A stretch of 64,000 nt of DNA, from the IMG/VR virus record IMGVR_UViG_3300005713_000004, positions 1 to 64,000 of that record; one strand, 5' to 3'. Shown here in pieces: positions 41,941 through 51,948 of the stretch. Made by a program: the position numbers and the translations under genes. This DNA is from a virus. Lineage: Duplodnaviria > Caudoviricetes. Every line of letters starts with the position of its first letter. Position 1 is the first letter of the stretch. Below the pieces are notes generated by a model, which was given only the letters and a program-made list of their open reading frames with translations, was not told where the DNA came from and did not search any database.

Positions 41941-42189
41941 TCAGGCGGCGAGGATGCGGCGGACCGTGTATTCCGTCGTGCGTGTCCACGCCCCGATCTC
42001 TGCGGGGGTGAGACCGTGCGCACGCAGGCTACGGAAGAGGGCCGCACGGTGGACGCTGGGCAGGCTTTCGGCCGGTTCCTGCCCGGCCCACACCCGCGCC
42101 CACAGGACGAGCGTGGGACCGCGCCAACGGGGCGGCTCCGGGATCCGGATCGTGAACTCGCGGACGAGCGGTTCGGGCGTGGTCGTCAT
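41941..42189 (-). CDS. small HTH protein
   Basis: GLTPAEIGAWTRTTEYTVRRI. Confidence 0.65.
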   Translation of the reverse strand: MTTTPEPLVREFTIRIPEPPRWRGPTLVLWARVWAGQEPAESLPSVHRAALFRSLRAHGLTPAEIGAWTRTTEYTVRRILAA

Positions 42190-42258
42190 CGGGCCTCCGA
42201 ACGGGACGAGCCCCCGCGCCGGGGAAGGGCGCGGGGGCTCGTCGGTGGTGGTGGTCGA

Positions 42259-43149
42259 TCAGCGGCGGTGGCGGCTGTACGGCTCCGGCGCCGGACCGGA
42301 GAACACCGGCGCCTCACCGGTCCCGGCGTCGATCTGCTCGACCACCGACCGGAACGCGGTGTCGATGGCCTCCGCCTTGCGGATGATCCGGAAGCCCAGC
42401 CGTACCCCGTCCTGCGCGGGCTTGACCCGCAGGCGCGCGGTGAACACCACGGGCTCCGTGCCCTCCCACACGGGGACGCGGAACGCGAACTCCTGCGGGA
42501 TGTCGATCGAGGACTTCCCGCGCCCGGCCCGCTGCACGGTCTCCTGCTCCACGGAGAACGACATGTCGCCGTTGTCCAGTCGGGTCCGCGACGAGTAGTC
42601 GAGGGTCGTCTTCGCGGTGAGCGTGGTCGCGATCTCCAGCATGGTTGCCCCGTCGGGGGTCTCCATGGTGTGGGCGAGCGCCTCGACGAGTTCGCCGAAC
42701 CCCTGTTGCGTGAACGTCTCCCGGTCGGCCCGCGCCCACTCCGCCCAGTCGTCGGCGAGGACGAGGTCCAGCACGGCGCGGTGGTCCGCGTACCCGGCCG
42801 TCTGGTTCTCGGACGGGAGGTCGGTCTCCGCGATGGGGTCGCCGTTGAACACCGCGACGAAGCGGCCGTTTCGCTTCGACCCAAAGATCACCGTCTCCGG
42901 AGTGGTGTTGCGCTGGACGAACCGGACGAACGACTCCGGGTCGTCGAGGTTCGTCGTGCCCAGCGTGCGGGCCGGGCGGTCGAGCGCGTCGGACCAGTCG
43001 ACCCGGTGGCCGCCGGGGTAGACCGCGAGTCCGCGCCGCTCGTCGAGGTGGATCGGGGTCGCGGACAGCGCGGCCACGGCTTCGGTGAGTTCGGCGGCGA
43101 GCGCGGCTCCGGCGCCGGGGGTGTCGCGGTAGTTGCTGATGATGTCCAT
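42259..43149 (-). CDS. DUF2303 (YfdQ-like) protein
   Basis: L.DPESF..F, AVFN, DHRA.L, W..W, Q..F, PDGATMLEIATTL, VPVWEG. Confidence 0.8.
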   Translation of the reverse strand: MDIISNYRDTPGAGAALAAELTEAVAALSATPIHLDERRGLAVYPGGHRVDWSDALDRPARTLGTTNLDDPESFVRFVQRNTTPETVIFGSKRNGRFVAVFNGDPIAETDLPSENQTAGYADHRAVLDLVLADDWAEWARADRETFTQQGFGELVEALAHTMETPDGATMLEIATTLTAKTTLDYSSRTRLDNGDMSFSVEQETVQRAGRGKSSIDIPQEFAFRVPVWEGTEPVVFTARLRVKPAQDGVRLGFRIIRKAEAIDTAFRSVVEQIDAGTGEAPVFSGPAPEPYSRHRR

Positions 43150-43181
43150 GGGTGTGAGTGGTTCTCCTGTCGGGTGGGTGA

Positions 43182-43550
43182 TCAGTCGCGGTCGCGGAAC
43201 GCGTCGTCGCGGTGGGGGTCGTCGCGGGTGATGCCGCGCAGCCCGTCCGCGTAGAAGATCGACGCGGCCCGCTCGAAGCGGGGGCACTTCGCCTCGACCT
43301 TCCCGGAGATGAGGAGGACGCCGGTGTCCGCGTGGGTCTTCGGGTCCTGCGGCTCGACCTCGACCGTGAGGATCACCTTGCCCTTGCCGCTGGTCCGGCC
43401 GACCCATTCGATCACGTCCGCGAGCGCGGTCGTGGCGTCGTCGTGGACCTTGCCCCGGTCGAGGTCGAGCAGCGCGGCGGAGAACTCCCGCTCGTCCTGC
43501 TTCGCCTTCGGGGGGGTCTGCTGCGGGGTGTTGTCGGGCACGGGGCCCAC
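43182..43550 (-). CDS. YfdP-like partner of DUF2303
   Basis: L..G..HD...L..V...GKGKV.LTVEV...IFYAD..G.TR.DP. Confidence 0.7.
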   Translation of the reverse strand: MGPVPDNTPQQTPPKAKQDEREFSAALLDLDRGKVHDDATTALADVIEWVGRTSGKGKVILTVEVEPQDPKTHADTGVLLISGKVEAKCPRFERAASIFYADGLRGITRDDPHRDDAFRDRD

Positions 43551-43717
43551 TCCCTTTCCGGTCTGCCGTCGCCGGGGTGGCGAGCGGTCACCCGCCCCCC
43601 GCCGGGCGGTCCCGGCGAGGGGCGGGGCGGATCACCGTATCATACACGGTTTCCGTAGATCATGTACATCTGCTGTGCACTTGCCCTGCTCCGCGAGCCC
43701 ACGGCTCGCGTGGAACA

Positions 43718-44602
43718 TCAGAGCTTACGGGCGTGCTTGTCCACCGCCGACCGGAACCCGACCAGCGGGACCAGCACCCCCCACAACTCCCGGGACCAGT
43801 CCGCCGCCACCTCCGGCGGGACCTCGCCCAGCGACGCGGCCCCGTGCTCCACCTGCTTGCCCAGCGCGGCGAGCGCCTCGATCAGCGGCGGCACGACCTC
43901 CGCGAGATCCACCGCCACCGGCGGCACGTCCGGCTGCGGCAGGACCACCCCGCCGCGCTCCGCGAGATCCACGACGTACCGCTCCGTCACGCCCAGCGTC
44001 GCCGCCGACTCCGCCACCGACATGCCCTGCGCGATCAGCCGGGCCAGCGTCTGCCACTGCTGCCGCACAGCGGTCGGAGTGTCGTTCGCCCGCAGGGCCG
44101 TGTAGACCGTGACGACGTCCATCGCCCCGGCCGCCCGCGCCGCCAGCAGCGCAGCCGCGAACTCCTCGTCGTTCGCGTCGGCCATCGCGGCGCAGCGGCG
44201 TCGGACCTGCGTGTCGAGGCCCAGCGCCTCCGTCGCCGCCACCTCATCGAGGCGGGCGACGAGCCCGGTCACTCGCTCCGCCACCCGGACCGCCTGTTCC
44301 GCCGACGCGGCCGGGAGCCCCCGCGCGCTGAGCAGGTCCGCGACCGTGGCGACCCCGCGCCGGAGCGCGGCCACGTCCTCGAACGCGGACGCCGGGACCT
44401 GTCCCGCCTCGACGCACGGGCGGACCTGCTCGCGGTACGCCTCGACGTCCGCGAGCAGCGCGGCGCCCAGCGCAGCCGCCCCGGCCGCGCCCTCCCGGGG
44501 AACCGCCGTCCCGGCCGGGACCGTGGACAGCGGACCGGGCCACACCGCAGCCGTGGACACGGCCTCCGGGGTTTTCTGCTCCGGGGTCTCCTGCTCGTTC
44601 AC
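43718..44602 (-). CDS. hypothetical protein with C-terminal HTH
   Basis: GMSVAESAATLGVTERYV. Confidence 0.6.
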   Translation of the reverse strand: MNEQETPEQKTPEAVSTAAVWPGPLSTVPAGTAVPREGAAGAAALGAALLADVEAYREQVRPCVEAGQVPASAFEDVAALRRGVATVADLLSARGLPAASAEQAVRVAERVTGLVARLDEVAATEALGLDTQVRRRCAAMADANDEEFAAALLAARAAGAMDVVTVYTALRANDTPTAVRQQWQTLARLIAQGMSVAESAATLGVTERYVVDLAERGGVVLPQPDVPPVAVDLAEVVPPLIEALAALGKQVEHGAASLGEVPPEVAADWSRELWGVLVPLVGFRSAVDKHARKL

Positions 44603-45408
44603 GCCTTCGCTCCGCTCTTCCTCGCCGGGGGCTCGTACCAGTAGAGGCCCTTCCGGGCCGCCGGGGTGTCGCGGGTCGCGCCACCCTTGATCTTGCCTGC
44701 CTTGACGAGGTCTCGGCAGGCGCCGCCGATCTCCGACGGCTGCCAGTCCTCCGGCAGGTCGTCGCCGATGTTCCCCGCGAGCCCGGCCGGGTTCATCCGC
44801 GTACCGGGGTGGGCGGTGAACCACGCGAGGGCGGCCCGCCGGATCACCTCCGCCCGGGACAGCGGCTTCGCCTTCGGCTTCGCGACCGGGCCCGCGCTGC
44901 GCAGGTGGCGGACCTCCGCGCGAACCTCGTCCAGCGCGGCGCCCTGATCGGCGATCGTCTCCGCCTGCGCGATGACCCGGCGGTCCGCTTCGGCCAGCAT
45001 CCCGGCGAGCGCGTCGCAGGTCTCGGACACCTTGCGGACCATCTCCCGGAGTTCGGCGCCCTCGCGCCGGGTCATCGCGGGGGAGATGTCGGGGACTCTC
45101 TCGGCCGTCATGGTGGTGGGGTCCTCCTGCTGCTTCGGGGGGCCGGGCTTCGGGGTCGGCTTCGTGCGCTCCGCGAGGATCGCCCGGACGTCGATCCCGG
45201 CGCGGCGAAGATCGGATATCTTGTTCGCCATCCCGGACGAGGTCCGGAGTCTGATCGACGAGAAGAACACCGGGGACGTTCCACGGTTGGGCGGGTACAC
45301 CCGGTACGTGGTGCCGTCGAGTTCGACGCGGCACCCCTCGACGGAGCGGCAGATGTCCGCGAGTTCGTCCGGGGACAGGACCGGGACCGCGGCCACAGCG
45401 GCACTCAC
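44599..45408 (-). CDS. hypothetical protein (coiled coil plus winged-helix-like C-terminus)
   Basis: Overlapping junctions. Confidence 0.6.
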   Translation of the reverse strand: MSAAVAAVPVLSPDELADICRSVEGCRVELDGTTYRVYPPNRGTSPVFFSSIRLRTSSGMANKISDLRRAGIDVRAILAERTKPTPKPGPPKQQEDPTTMTAERVPDISPAMTRREGAELREMVRKVSETCDALAGMLAEADRRVIAQAETIADQGAALDEVRAEVRHLRSAGPVAKPKAKPLSRAEVIRRAALAWFTAHPGTRMNPAGLAGNIGDDLPEDWQPSEIGGACRDLVKAGKIKGGATRDTPAARKGLYWYEPPARKSGAKA

Positions 45409-46526
45409 TCCCCACCGTCCGACGGCTCGACCAGCGCGGCGAGCGTCTCCGCCGTGGCGGCGGCGAGGTACTCCCGGACGATCTCCGCCTCCGTGGTGGT
45501 GATGTCGTTCGTCGACCCGATGACCGGCTCGTCCGGGTTGCGGTCCACGATCGCCCGGAGGATCGCGAGCCTGCGGTCCCGGACGTCCGCGCCCCGGCCG
45601 GACACGCCCAACTCGCCCAGTCGCGCGAGGATCCCGTTGACCGCCTGCCGCGACGCGGGCGGCTCGCCCGTGGACACGGCCTCGCCCTCGACCGTGTCGG
45701 GCCGCTGGTCCGCGTTGAGCGTGTTCATGATGTCCGTCGTCGAGCGCGGCTGCGGCTTCCGCTCGAACTCGTCTTCGAGGGAGGACTCACCGATCCGGAT
45801 GGACTGCCCGATCACGGTCAGCGTCGCGAGATCGACTTCCGTCCACGAGTCGACCGGCGCCCCGATCCGGCGGATGAGTTCCTCCCGCCGCGCCCCGATC
45901 GCCTCGAACGTCTCGACCATCTGCCGCCGCCGGTCCTCGATCGGCTTCCCGCCGCCCTGCTTCGCGATGGTCTCGGCACACCACCCCTTGCCCATCTCCA
46001 CGAACCACGGCGGGAGCGCGGCTAGGATCTGCTGCCGCTCGACCCGCGACCCGGCGGACTGGTTGTTCTCCCGGACGTCGCGGACCGCGACCAGCGTCCG
46101 CGCCGGACGGGGTCGTCCGTCCTCGCCCTGCTCCGGCGTGTCGGTGTATCCGGAGTGGGGGGACACGAACGTCGTCCGCCGTGTGAAGTTCGTTTCGAGG
46201 TCCCACGCGAACGCGACCACCGTCGACTGTCCAGGCCGCCGCTCGATCTCCGCGCTCCCGGAGGTCATGTTCCCCCAGCAGCGGGCCGCCTCGATCGCGA
46301 AGCGGATCGTCACGTCGGTGAGTCGCTTCCCGCCGCGCGGGTAGTTGTAGAACGCCCGCTGCGCGAACTCCATCCGGACGCACGACCGCTTGAATCGGGC
46401 GATGGCGAGGTCTTCGTCCCGGGGTCGCTCCGCAGCAGCGAAGACGGACGCGGCCACCTCCGCGACCGCGCGGGCCTGTTCGACCTGCGTCGCCTGCGTC
46501 GCGTTCTCGGTCATGTTCATGGTCAC
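45405..46526 (-). CDS. putative single-strand annealing recombinase
   Basis: PRDE...AFYNYPRGG...TIRFA.EAARCWGNM; next to the RecE-like gene. Confidence 0.65.
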   Translation of the reverse strand: MTMNMTENATQATQVEQARAVAEVAASVFAAAERPRDEDLAIARFKRSCVRMEFAQRAFYNYPRGGKRLTDVTIRFAIEAARCWGNMTSGSAEIERRPGQSTVVAFAWDLETNFTRRTTFVSPHSGYTDTPEQGEDGRPRPARTLVAVRDVRENNQSAGSRVERQQILAALPPWFVEMGKGWCAETIAKQGGGKPIEDRRRQMVETFEAIGARREELIRRIGAPVDSWTEVDLATLTVIGQSIRIGESSLEDEFERKPQPRSTTDIMNTLNADQRPDTVEGEAVSTGEPPASRQAVNGILARLGELGVSGRGADVRDRRLAILRAIVDRNPDEPVIGSTNDITTTEAEIVREYLAAATAETLAALVEPSDGGE

Positions 46527-46816
46527 TGCTCGATCTCCTCGTATGTGGCGCGGTACCGCTCGTCGGACAGGATCCGGACGGTGGACGCGCGGGGGTCGAA
46601 CACGACCCACGATCCGGGCTCGACCCACAGGTCCCGGCCCAGTGCTTCGATGACGAGGACGGAGCGGCTACCGGTGCCCTCGCCCAGGTGGGATCCGAAC
46701 CGGACGCGGATCTCCAGCCACGCGAGCATCCGGCCCACGTTCGCCATGTCGGTGTCCGGCGTCCACCGCATGGCCTCGAACTCCGGCCGCCGCTCGACCA
46801 CGATCCGGGCGGTCAC
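46523..46816 (-). CDS. hypothetical protein
   Basis: Overlapping junctions. Confidence 0.55.
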   Translation of the reverse strand: MTARIVVERRPEFEAMRWTPDTDMANVGRMLAWLEIRVRFGSHLGEGTGSRSVLVIEALGRDLWVEPGSWVVFDPRASTVRILSDERYRATYEEIEQ

Positions 46817-47856
46817 CGGATGTCCAGCGCGCCGGATGCCCACTGGTCCTCCAGCGCTCGCGTCGACCAGCGCGGCAGACCTACCCGCATCGGCTCCCCG
46901 ACGGCGAGCCCTTCGAGGCCCATGTGGTCGGGCCACTCCCCGGTGCCGACGCAGCGGGCGTAGCGGTCGAGCGCCTCGCGGACCTTGAGTCGTCCCCACT
47001 GCTGCGCTTCGTCGTCCATCTCCACGACGGTGACGAGGTAGGGGTACCGGGTCTCTTGGAACACGAACAGGAACACGGGGTCCTGCTCGTCGTCGAGCAG
47101 CGCCCGAACACCATCCCGATAATACGCGTCCTGCGTGTAGTACCAGAAATCCCACAGCGCCTTCGCGATCCCCTCGCGATTGACCTGCGACCCCCGGGAC
47201 TTCACGTCCACGATGGCGAGGCGGCCGTCCGCGAGTCGGCACGTCCAATCCAACTTCGCCCGGCGCCAGACCCCGAACTCCTCGTCGTACCAGAACATCG
47301 CGCGCTCCGGGGTCCCGCGCTCCCGCTCGAACAGGTGGCCCGTCCGGGGGTTCGAGCGGATCGCCTTCGCCATCCCCCGCGCCTTCGCGTCCTCGCGTTC
47401 GAGGATCGGCACGCGACCCGCCTCACGGGCGGCGGCCCGCTGCTGCTGCGCCGCCTTCCCCCGCCAGTCCTTCGCGTGAACGACCTCGATCTCCGCGCCG
47501 ACGCCCAGCACGTAGAAGTGCACGGCGTGACCCAGGTCGAACGCGTCTTTCGGCTCGCGCGGGTGGGTCCCGTCCAGCGACGCCCGGTAGAACGCGGGCG
47601 AGTCGGTCATGAGGGTCTTCATCCCGGAGTGGGACAGGCTCCCCGCCTTGACGGGGTCCCGGTGGTACACCTCGTCGGACATGCCGTCCACGACGCAGGG
47701 CTCCGTGATGATGTTCGAGCCGATGCCCTGAATCGCGGCGATCACCACGTCCGGCGCGTCGGCTACAGTGGGCCCCGGTGTCGCTTCGGCGCGCTCCATC
47801 GTGGTGGATGGTTGGACGGAGCCCTCGTCGCCTTCGGGTGTCGGGGGCTTCGTCAT
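46813..47856 (-). CDS. exonuclease VIII / RecE-like PD-(D/E)XK nuclease (DUF3799)
   Basis: YH.D...LS.SG.K, GHAVH..VL, RAKLDW, IVDVKS, Y.TQDAYY. Confidence 0.88.
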   Translation of the reverse strand: MTKPPTPEGDEGSVQPSTTMERAEATPGPTVADAPDVVIAAIQGIGSNIITEPCVVDGMSDEVYHRDPVKAGSLSHSGMKTLMTDSPAFYRASLDGTHPREPKDAFDLGHAVHFYVLGVGAEIEVVHAKDWRGKAAQQQRAAAREAGRVPILEREDAKARGMAKAIRSNPRTGHLFERERGTPERAMFWYDEEFGVWRRAKLDWTCRLADGRLAIVDVKSRGSQVNREGIAKALWDFWYYTQDAYYRDGVRALLDDEQDPVFLFVFQETRYPYLVTVVEMDDEAQQWGRLKVREALDRYARCVGTGEWPDHMGLEGLAVGEPMRVGLPRWSTRALEDQWASGALDIR

Positions 47857-48212
47857 GCCGGAGGCGGGAAGTCGGAGCCGTGGACGAGGTCCACCCGGGA
47901 CGGGTGCTCGGCGGCCGGGACGGGCGGGAGCGCGTCGGGGTTGAGCGCCCCGGGCGGCGGCGCCTTCGAGATCCCGGGGAGCCACACGATCTCCTCGATC
48001 GCGAGCCCGGGGATCTGCTCGTGGATGCGCCGGGCGACGGCGGCCGTGGTGGGCGCCCCGGCGAGCATCCGGCCGACGGTCGACTCGTGGACGCCGACGC
48101 GTCGCCCGAACTCTGCCTTCGACCAGCCGAGCACGCGGCGGGCGAAGTTGAGGACGGGGCCGTTCACGAGGTACGACGCGCCGTCGGGGGCGGACTCGAA
48201 TGCCGCCGTCAT
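47853..48212 (-). CDS. XRE/Cro-like HTH regulator
   Basis: LGWSKAEFGRRVGVHESTVGRMLAG; first gene of the leftward operon. Confidence 0.82.
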   Translation of the reverse strand: MTAAFESAPDGASYLVNGPVLNFARRVLGWSKAEFGRRVGVHESTVGRMLAGAPTTAAVARRIHEQIPGLAIEEIVWLPGISKAPPPGALNPDALPPVPAAEHPSRVDLVHGSDFPPPA

Positions 48213-48255
48213 GGGGCACCTCCGGGGGTCGGGGTAAGTCTCGATCACGGCACCG

Positions 48256-48319
48256 ACAATACCCGGCGCAAGCGGGTTGCGCAAGCCGCTTGCGCGACAC
48301 CACGGCGGCCGGGTATCGT
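48256..48319. promoter_or_regulatory. divergent promoters (TTGCGC-17-TATTGT leftward; TTGCGC-18-TATCGT rightward) overlapping a 30-bp near-palindrome
   Basis: GCGCAAGCGG-GTTGCGCAAG-CCGCTTGCGC at about 48266-48295. Confidence 0.75.
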
Positions 48320-48326
48320 CTCCGCC

Positions 48327-48749
48327 ATGCCCCACACCACGATGCGCCGGGACGCCGCGCGGACGCTGGTCGTCGCCGCGCTCGCGCTGCTCGTCCTCAT
48401 CTCCGCGTGCTCCGGCGGCGAGCGCCCGCGCCTGTCCACCTGCGGATCCGCCGACACCCCGCCGATCGCCCTCGACCGCGCCGCCTGCGACGGCCACCCC
48501 GCCACCGGCCGGTGGTACAGCGGATGGGCCGACGACCTCGACGAGCCGGACGAGCGACCCGTCACCGGCGAGCCGCTGGACGAGGACTGGTGGGACCCCA
48601 TCGCGCAAGCGGACCTCGACGATCCCGGCCACCGCGTGTCCACGCCCCGCGCCACCGCGCCACCCCGGGTGACCACCGCCCCGAAGCCGACGCCCGCGCC
48701 GCGCGCCACCGCAACCCGGGCGCCCCGCACGACGAGCAGCAGCCGATGA
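48327..48749 (+). CDS. lipoprotein, leaderless
   Basis: ISAC lipobox. Confidence 0.75.
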   Translation: MPHTTMRRDAARTLVVAALALLVLISACSGGERPRLSTCGSADTPPIALDRAACDGHPATGRWYSGWADDLDEPDERPVTGEPLDEDWWDPIAQADLDDPGHRVSTPRATAPPRVTTAPKPTPAPRATATRAPRTTSSSR

Positions 48750-48931
48750 CCGGCCGCGAGGACGAGGACCGACCCCGCCGCGTCCGGCTGTCCCTGCGCG
48801 TCCGCGTCGGGATCACCATCGCCGCCCTGCTGCTCGGCGGCCTCGCCTTCGCCGCCGTCGTCCCCGACGACGATGACGACGACGACCGCGAGCAGCAGAC
48901 GGAGCAGGTCGTCTACGAGGACGAGGACTAA
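48746..48931 (+). CDS. small membrane protein with acidic tail
   Basis: One TM segment, poly-Asp. Confidence 0.65.
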   Translation: MTGREDEDRPRRVRLSLRVRVGITIAALLLGGLAFAAVVPDDDDDDDREQQTEQVVYEDED

Positions 48932-48935
48932 CGCC

Positions 48936-49205
48936 GTGGCCGAGACCCTCACCGACATATACGACCGGCTGCGGAAGATCCGGCGCCCGAAGCGCCCGGT
49001 CCGCATCGCCGCCGTGGTCGCCCTCGTCGTCGCGCTCGCCGGATGCTCGACCGGGCAGGCGGAGTCCGTCGGCCGCGCGCCCGACGGGTGGCAGTGGACG
49101 AACGTCTCCTACCTCATGGAATCGTGCACATCCCACGGCGACCGTGTGTACGCCTACTACTCGACCGGCGCGCTCGCGGTCGTCGCCGGGGGGTGCAAGT
49201 CGTGA
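48936..49205 (+). CDS. lipoprotein
   Basis: LAGC lipobox. Confidence 0.65.
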   Translation: MAETLTDIYDRLRKIRRPKRPVRIAAVVALVVALAGCSTGQAESVGRAPDGWQWTNVSYLMESCTSHGDRVYAYYSTGALAVVAGGCKS

Positions 49206-49654
49206 CCGTCGAGATCACCCCCGTCCTGCGCCACGCGTGGCAGGGGCAGGCGCCCGGCATCACCGACGACGAGATCCGGCTACTCCTCCCGATCGTCCAG
49301 TCCGGCGGCTCGTGGGTCCTGCGGCTGCTCCGCGCCTACCGGGCCGGGGTCGCCGTCCACGACCCGGCGCAGCAGCCGGACACCGTGAGCGGCGACGGCT
49401 GCCCGGTGTGCGGCTCGACCTCCGCGCGGTCCCTGCTGTGGCAGGTCGTCCAGCGGGACGAGCGGGTGGCGCTGCTCGCCGGGGTCGCCCCGTACGCGGT
49501 GATGTGGACCCGCTGCGCCGCCTGTGACGCCGTGTACCGCGCCGCGACCGGCGAGGTCTGGCCCCGACCGGTGGACGGCCTGCTCGAAACGGAGCCGACC
49601 GCCCAGCCCACCACCGACGAGATCGTCCGACCCCTCCCGGAGGGCCCAGTATGA
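49202..49654 (+). CDS. Zn-ribbon hypothetical protein
   Basis: CPVC...CAAC. Confidence 0.6.
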   Translation: MTVEITPVLRHAWQGQAPGITDDEIRLLLPIVQSGGSWVLRLLRAYRAGVAVHDPAQQPDTVSGDGCPVCGSTSARSLLWQVVQRDERVALLAGVAPYAVMWTRCAACDAVYRAATGEVWPRPVDGLLETEPTAQPTTDEIVRPLPEGPV

Positions 49655-49805
49655 GCGACACCACCACCGCCGCAGACGCGGCCCTTGACCGCCTCGACCA
49701 GATCGACCGGCCGTGGACCACCGAAGAGGCGGAGTTGGCAGCCGCCGCCCGCCGCGCCGGTGGGGGCCGGTGACCCTGCTCCGCCGACCCGTCGAAGGGC
49801 TGACC

Positions 49806-50171
49806 GTGTCCACGACCTGCGTCACCGACACCCGTACCCGGATCATCAGCAGCGACAGCCTCCCGTGGGCGGACATCCCCACCCCGGCCGCCGCGTTCGC
49901 GCCGGAGCGGGTCGCCGCCACCTACCACGGGGCCGTGGCCCCGGACGGCCGGATCGCGTGGATCGTCAACGCCCACGTCACCGGCCGCCGCCGGGGGAAG
50001 ACGGGCCGCAAGGTGGGCGAGGTGCAGACCGTCTGGTACCTCGCCACCCCCGACAACCACGACGAGCGCGCGACGTGGCCCGTGTGGCTCGTCGCGTGGT
50101 TGGAGAAGTACCACCCCGACCGGCCCGGCGGATGGCTCGCCGACGAGGACCCGCACGGGGGCTACCTGTGA
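49806..50171 (+). CDS. hypothetical protein
   Basis: Start inside a CGTGTCCACG motif. Confidence 0.6.
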   Translation: MSTTCVTDTRTRIISSDSLPWADIPTPAAAFAPERVAATYHGAVAPDGRIAWIVNAHVTGRRRGKTGRKVGEVQTVWYLATPDNHDERATWPVWLVAWLEKYHPDRPGGWLADEDPHGGYL

Positions 50172-50389
50172 TCGACCACCACGACGAGGACGAGGAACAC
50201 ACCGCCATGCGCAAGTTCGGACTGTCCCTGCCCACCGACGACGAGCCGGACGCCCGGGGCACCGTGCACGGCTCCCGCTCCGACGCGCTCGCCGCCGCCC
50301 GCGCGCTGGACGAGCGGACCGGACGCCACCACCTCGTCCAGCCGGACGGCGCCGTCGTCGCGCCCGCCCCCGGCACCCACAGCCGATGA
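50168..50389 (+). CDS. hypothetical protein
   Basis: Overlapping junctions. Confidence 0.5.
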   Translation: MIDHHDEDEEHTAMRKFGLSLPTDDEPDARGTVHGSRSDALAAARALDERTGRHHLVQPDGAVVAPAPGTHSR

Positions 50390-50565
50390 CCCCGCAGGGC
50401 TACCCGCTCACCTGCCGCACAGCGGACGGGTGGTTCTTCGTCATCGGGTGGGAGGCGACCCCGAACGGGAAGTACACGCCCGTCGGGGTCCCGATGAACG
50501 GCGGCGGCGAGCCGGTCGCGCTGCCCCGGAGCGAGATCACCGAATGGGACGAGGTCATGCCGTGA
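50386..50565 (+). CDS. hypothetical protein (59 aa; not in the ORF track)
   Basis: ATGA/GTGA coupling on both sides. Confidence 0.55.
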   Translation: MTPQGYPLTCRTADGWFFVIGWEATPNGKYTPVGVPMNGGGEPVALPRSEITEWDEVMP

Positions 50566-51074
50566 CCCCGGACGAAGCGCTCGCGGAGATCGTGCGGATC
50601 TTCGACCTCGAACCGATGGGGACCCAGCCGGACGGGAAGGCGACGTGGGACGACGCGGTCGCCTACGTCGCGAAGCGGGCCGGGACCGCGCGGTCCGCGC
50701 TCGACACCATCGCCCGCCGGAACGAGTGGCTCGCCGAAGCGCTGGGCGTCCCCGCCGACACGCCGTACCGGACGATGGTCGAGCGGGTCCGGCTGTACCG
50801 GACGAACGTCACGCTCGGCGGTCCGCCCCCGGCGATCGACTCGACGTGGGGGAACCGGGCCGACCCCGGCCCGCCGCCCAGCGCCGGGGACGCGGCACCC
50901 GAAGCGCTCCGCCAGGTGATGCGCTGCCCGGCGCCGCCGCAGGGCTGCGGCCACATGTTCAACCGCCACGACCCGGACGGGCAGGGGTGTCACGTCCGGA
51001 TCGAGGTCAACCACGTGGACGGGGTCGCGCAGGGCTTCGACCTGTGCGGCTGCACGGAGAGGCGGCCGAGATGA
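50562..51074 (+). CDS. hypothetical protein with C-terminal C..CGH...H...C...C.C motif
   Basis: Overlapping junctions. Confidence 0.6.
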   Translation: MTPDEALAEIVRIFDLEPMGTQPDGKATWDDAVAYVAKRAGTARSALDTIARRNEWLAEALGVPADTPYRTMVERVRLYRTNVTLGGPPPAIDSTWGNRADPGPPPSAGDAAPEALRQVMRCPAPPQGCGHMFNRHDPDGQGCHVRIEVNHVDGVAQGFDLCGCTERRPR

Positions 51075-51946
51075 TGTGGGACGAGCCCCCGGACTACCAC
51101 ACGGTTCCCGGGTTCCGGACGACGACGTTCCACGCGGAGATCATGGCGGGCCGGATGCCGATCTCCCGTGACCTGCTGGACGATCCCCGGACGTCGCGGT
51201 TCCGCCACGAGATCATGGCTCGCGGCCGGGAACAGGCCATGATGGTCGTCGAGCGGGAGGTGTGGAAAGCGCGCCTCCCCACCGGGACGCAGACGATCCC
51301 CGTCGAGGTCGAGGTCCCGTACTCCGTGGCCGTGCCGATGACGTGGCCCCGGACATGGTGGCAGCGGATGCTCGGACGCCCCCGCCGCGTCGAGGTCGTC
51401 GAGGTGGGCGGGACGGTGACCGCGCGAGCCACGGTCCGCGTGGATCTCGAGGCGGAGTTCCGGTACCCGGACGCGAACGAGCGTCTCGGACCCGCGATCC
51501 CCACGGGGCAGGCGAGCGCCCGGCCGGGACGGGCGCTCGTCGAGGTGGTGTCCACCTATCCCGGGTTCGGCCCGCACGCGGCCGTGTCCACGGCCCGGCT
51601 CCGCTGCCCGGACGACGGGACCGGCTGCGGTCATCACGTCCTGTCTCACATCCGGCCCGACGTGTTCGAGCACGGCGGGTGCACCATCGACGGCTGCGAC
51701 TGCCGCCGCTACTTCGAGGACCACGGCGCCCCGGTCGTCCGCGCGTCGTGGGCGGCCGACCCGGAGCCTGTCCCCGGACACTGCACGGCCCGGCTCGACC
51801 ACAACCACGGGGTCACCCGCTGCGGCGAGGTGGGCCCCCACGACGAGCATCGCGGGCTCTGCGCCGCGTGCCTCGAAGACGACCCCGCCGACGCGTGGCT
51901 TACCTGGCGCGGCGCCGGACTCACCAGGATGGACGAGGTGGACTGA
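51071..51946 (+). CDS. hypothetical protein with Cys/His-rich C-terminus
   Basis: Overlapping junction. Confidence 0.6.
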   Translation: MMWDEPPDYHTVPGFRTTTFHAEIMAGRMPISRDLLDDPRTSRFRHEIMARGREQAMMVVEREVWKARLPTGTQTIPVEVEVPYSVAVPMTWPRTWWQRMLGRPRRVEVVEVGGTVTARATVRVDLEAEFRYPDANERLGPAIPTGQASARPGRALVEVVSTYPGFGPHAAVSTARLRCPDDGTGCGHHVLSHIRPDVFEHGGCTIDGCDCRRYFEDHGAPVVRASWAADPEPVPGHCTARLDHNHGVTRCGEVGPHDEHRGLCAACLEDDPADAWLTWRGAGLTRMDEVD

Positions 51947-51948
51947 TC

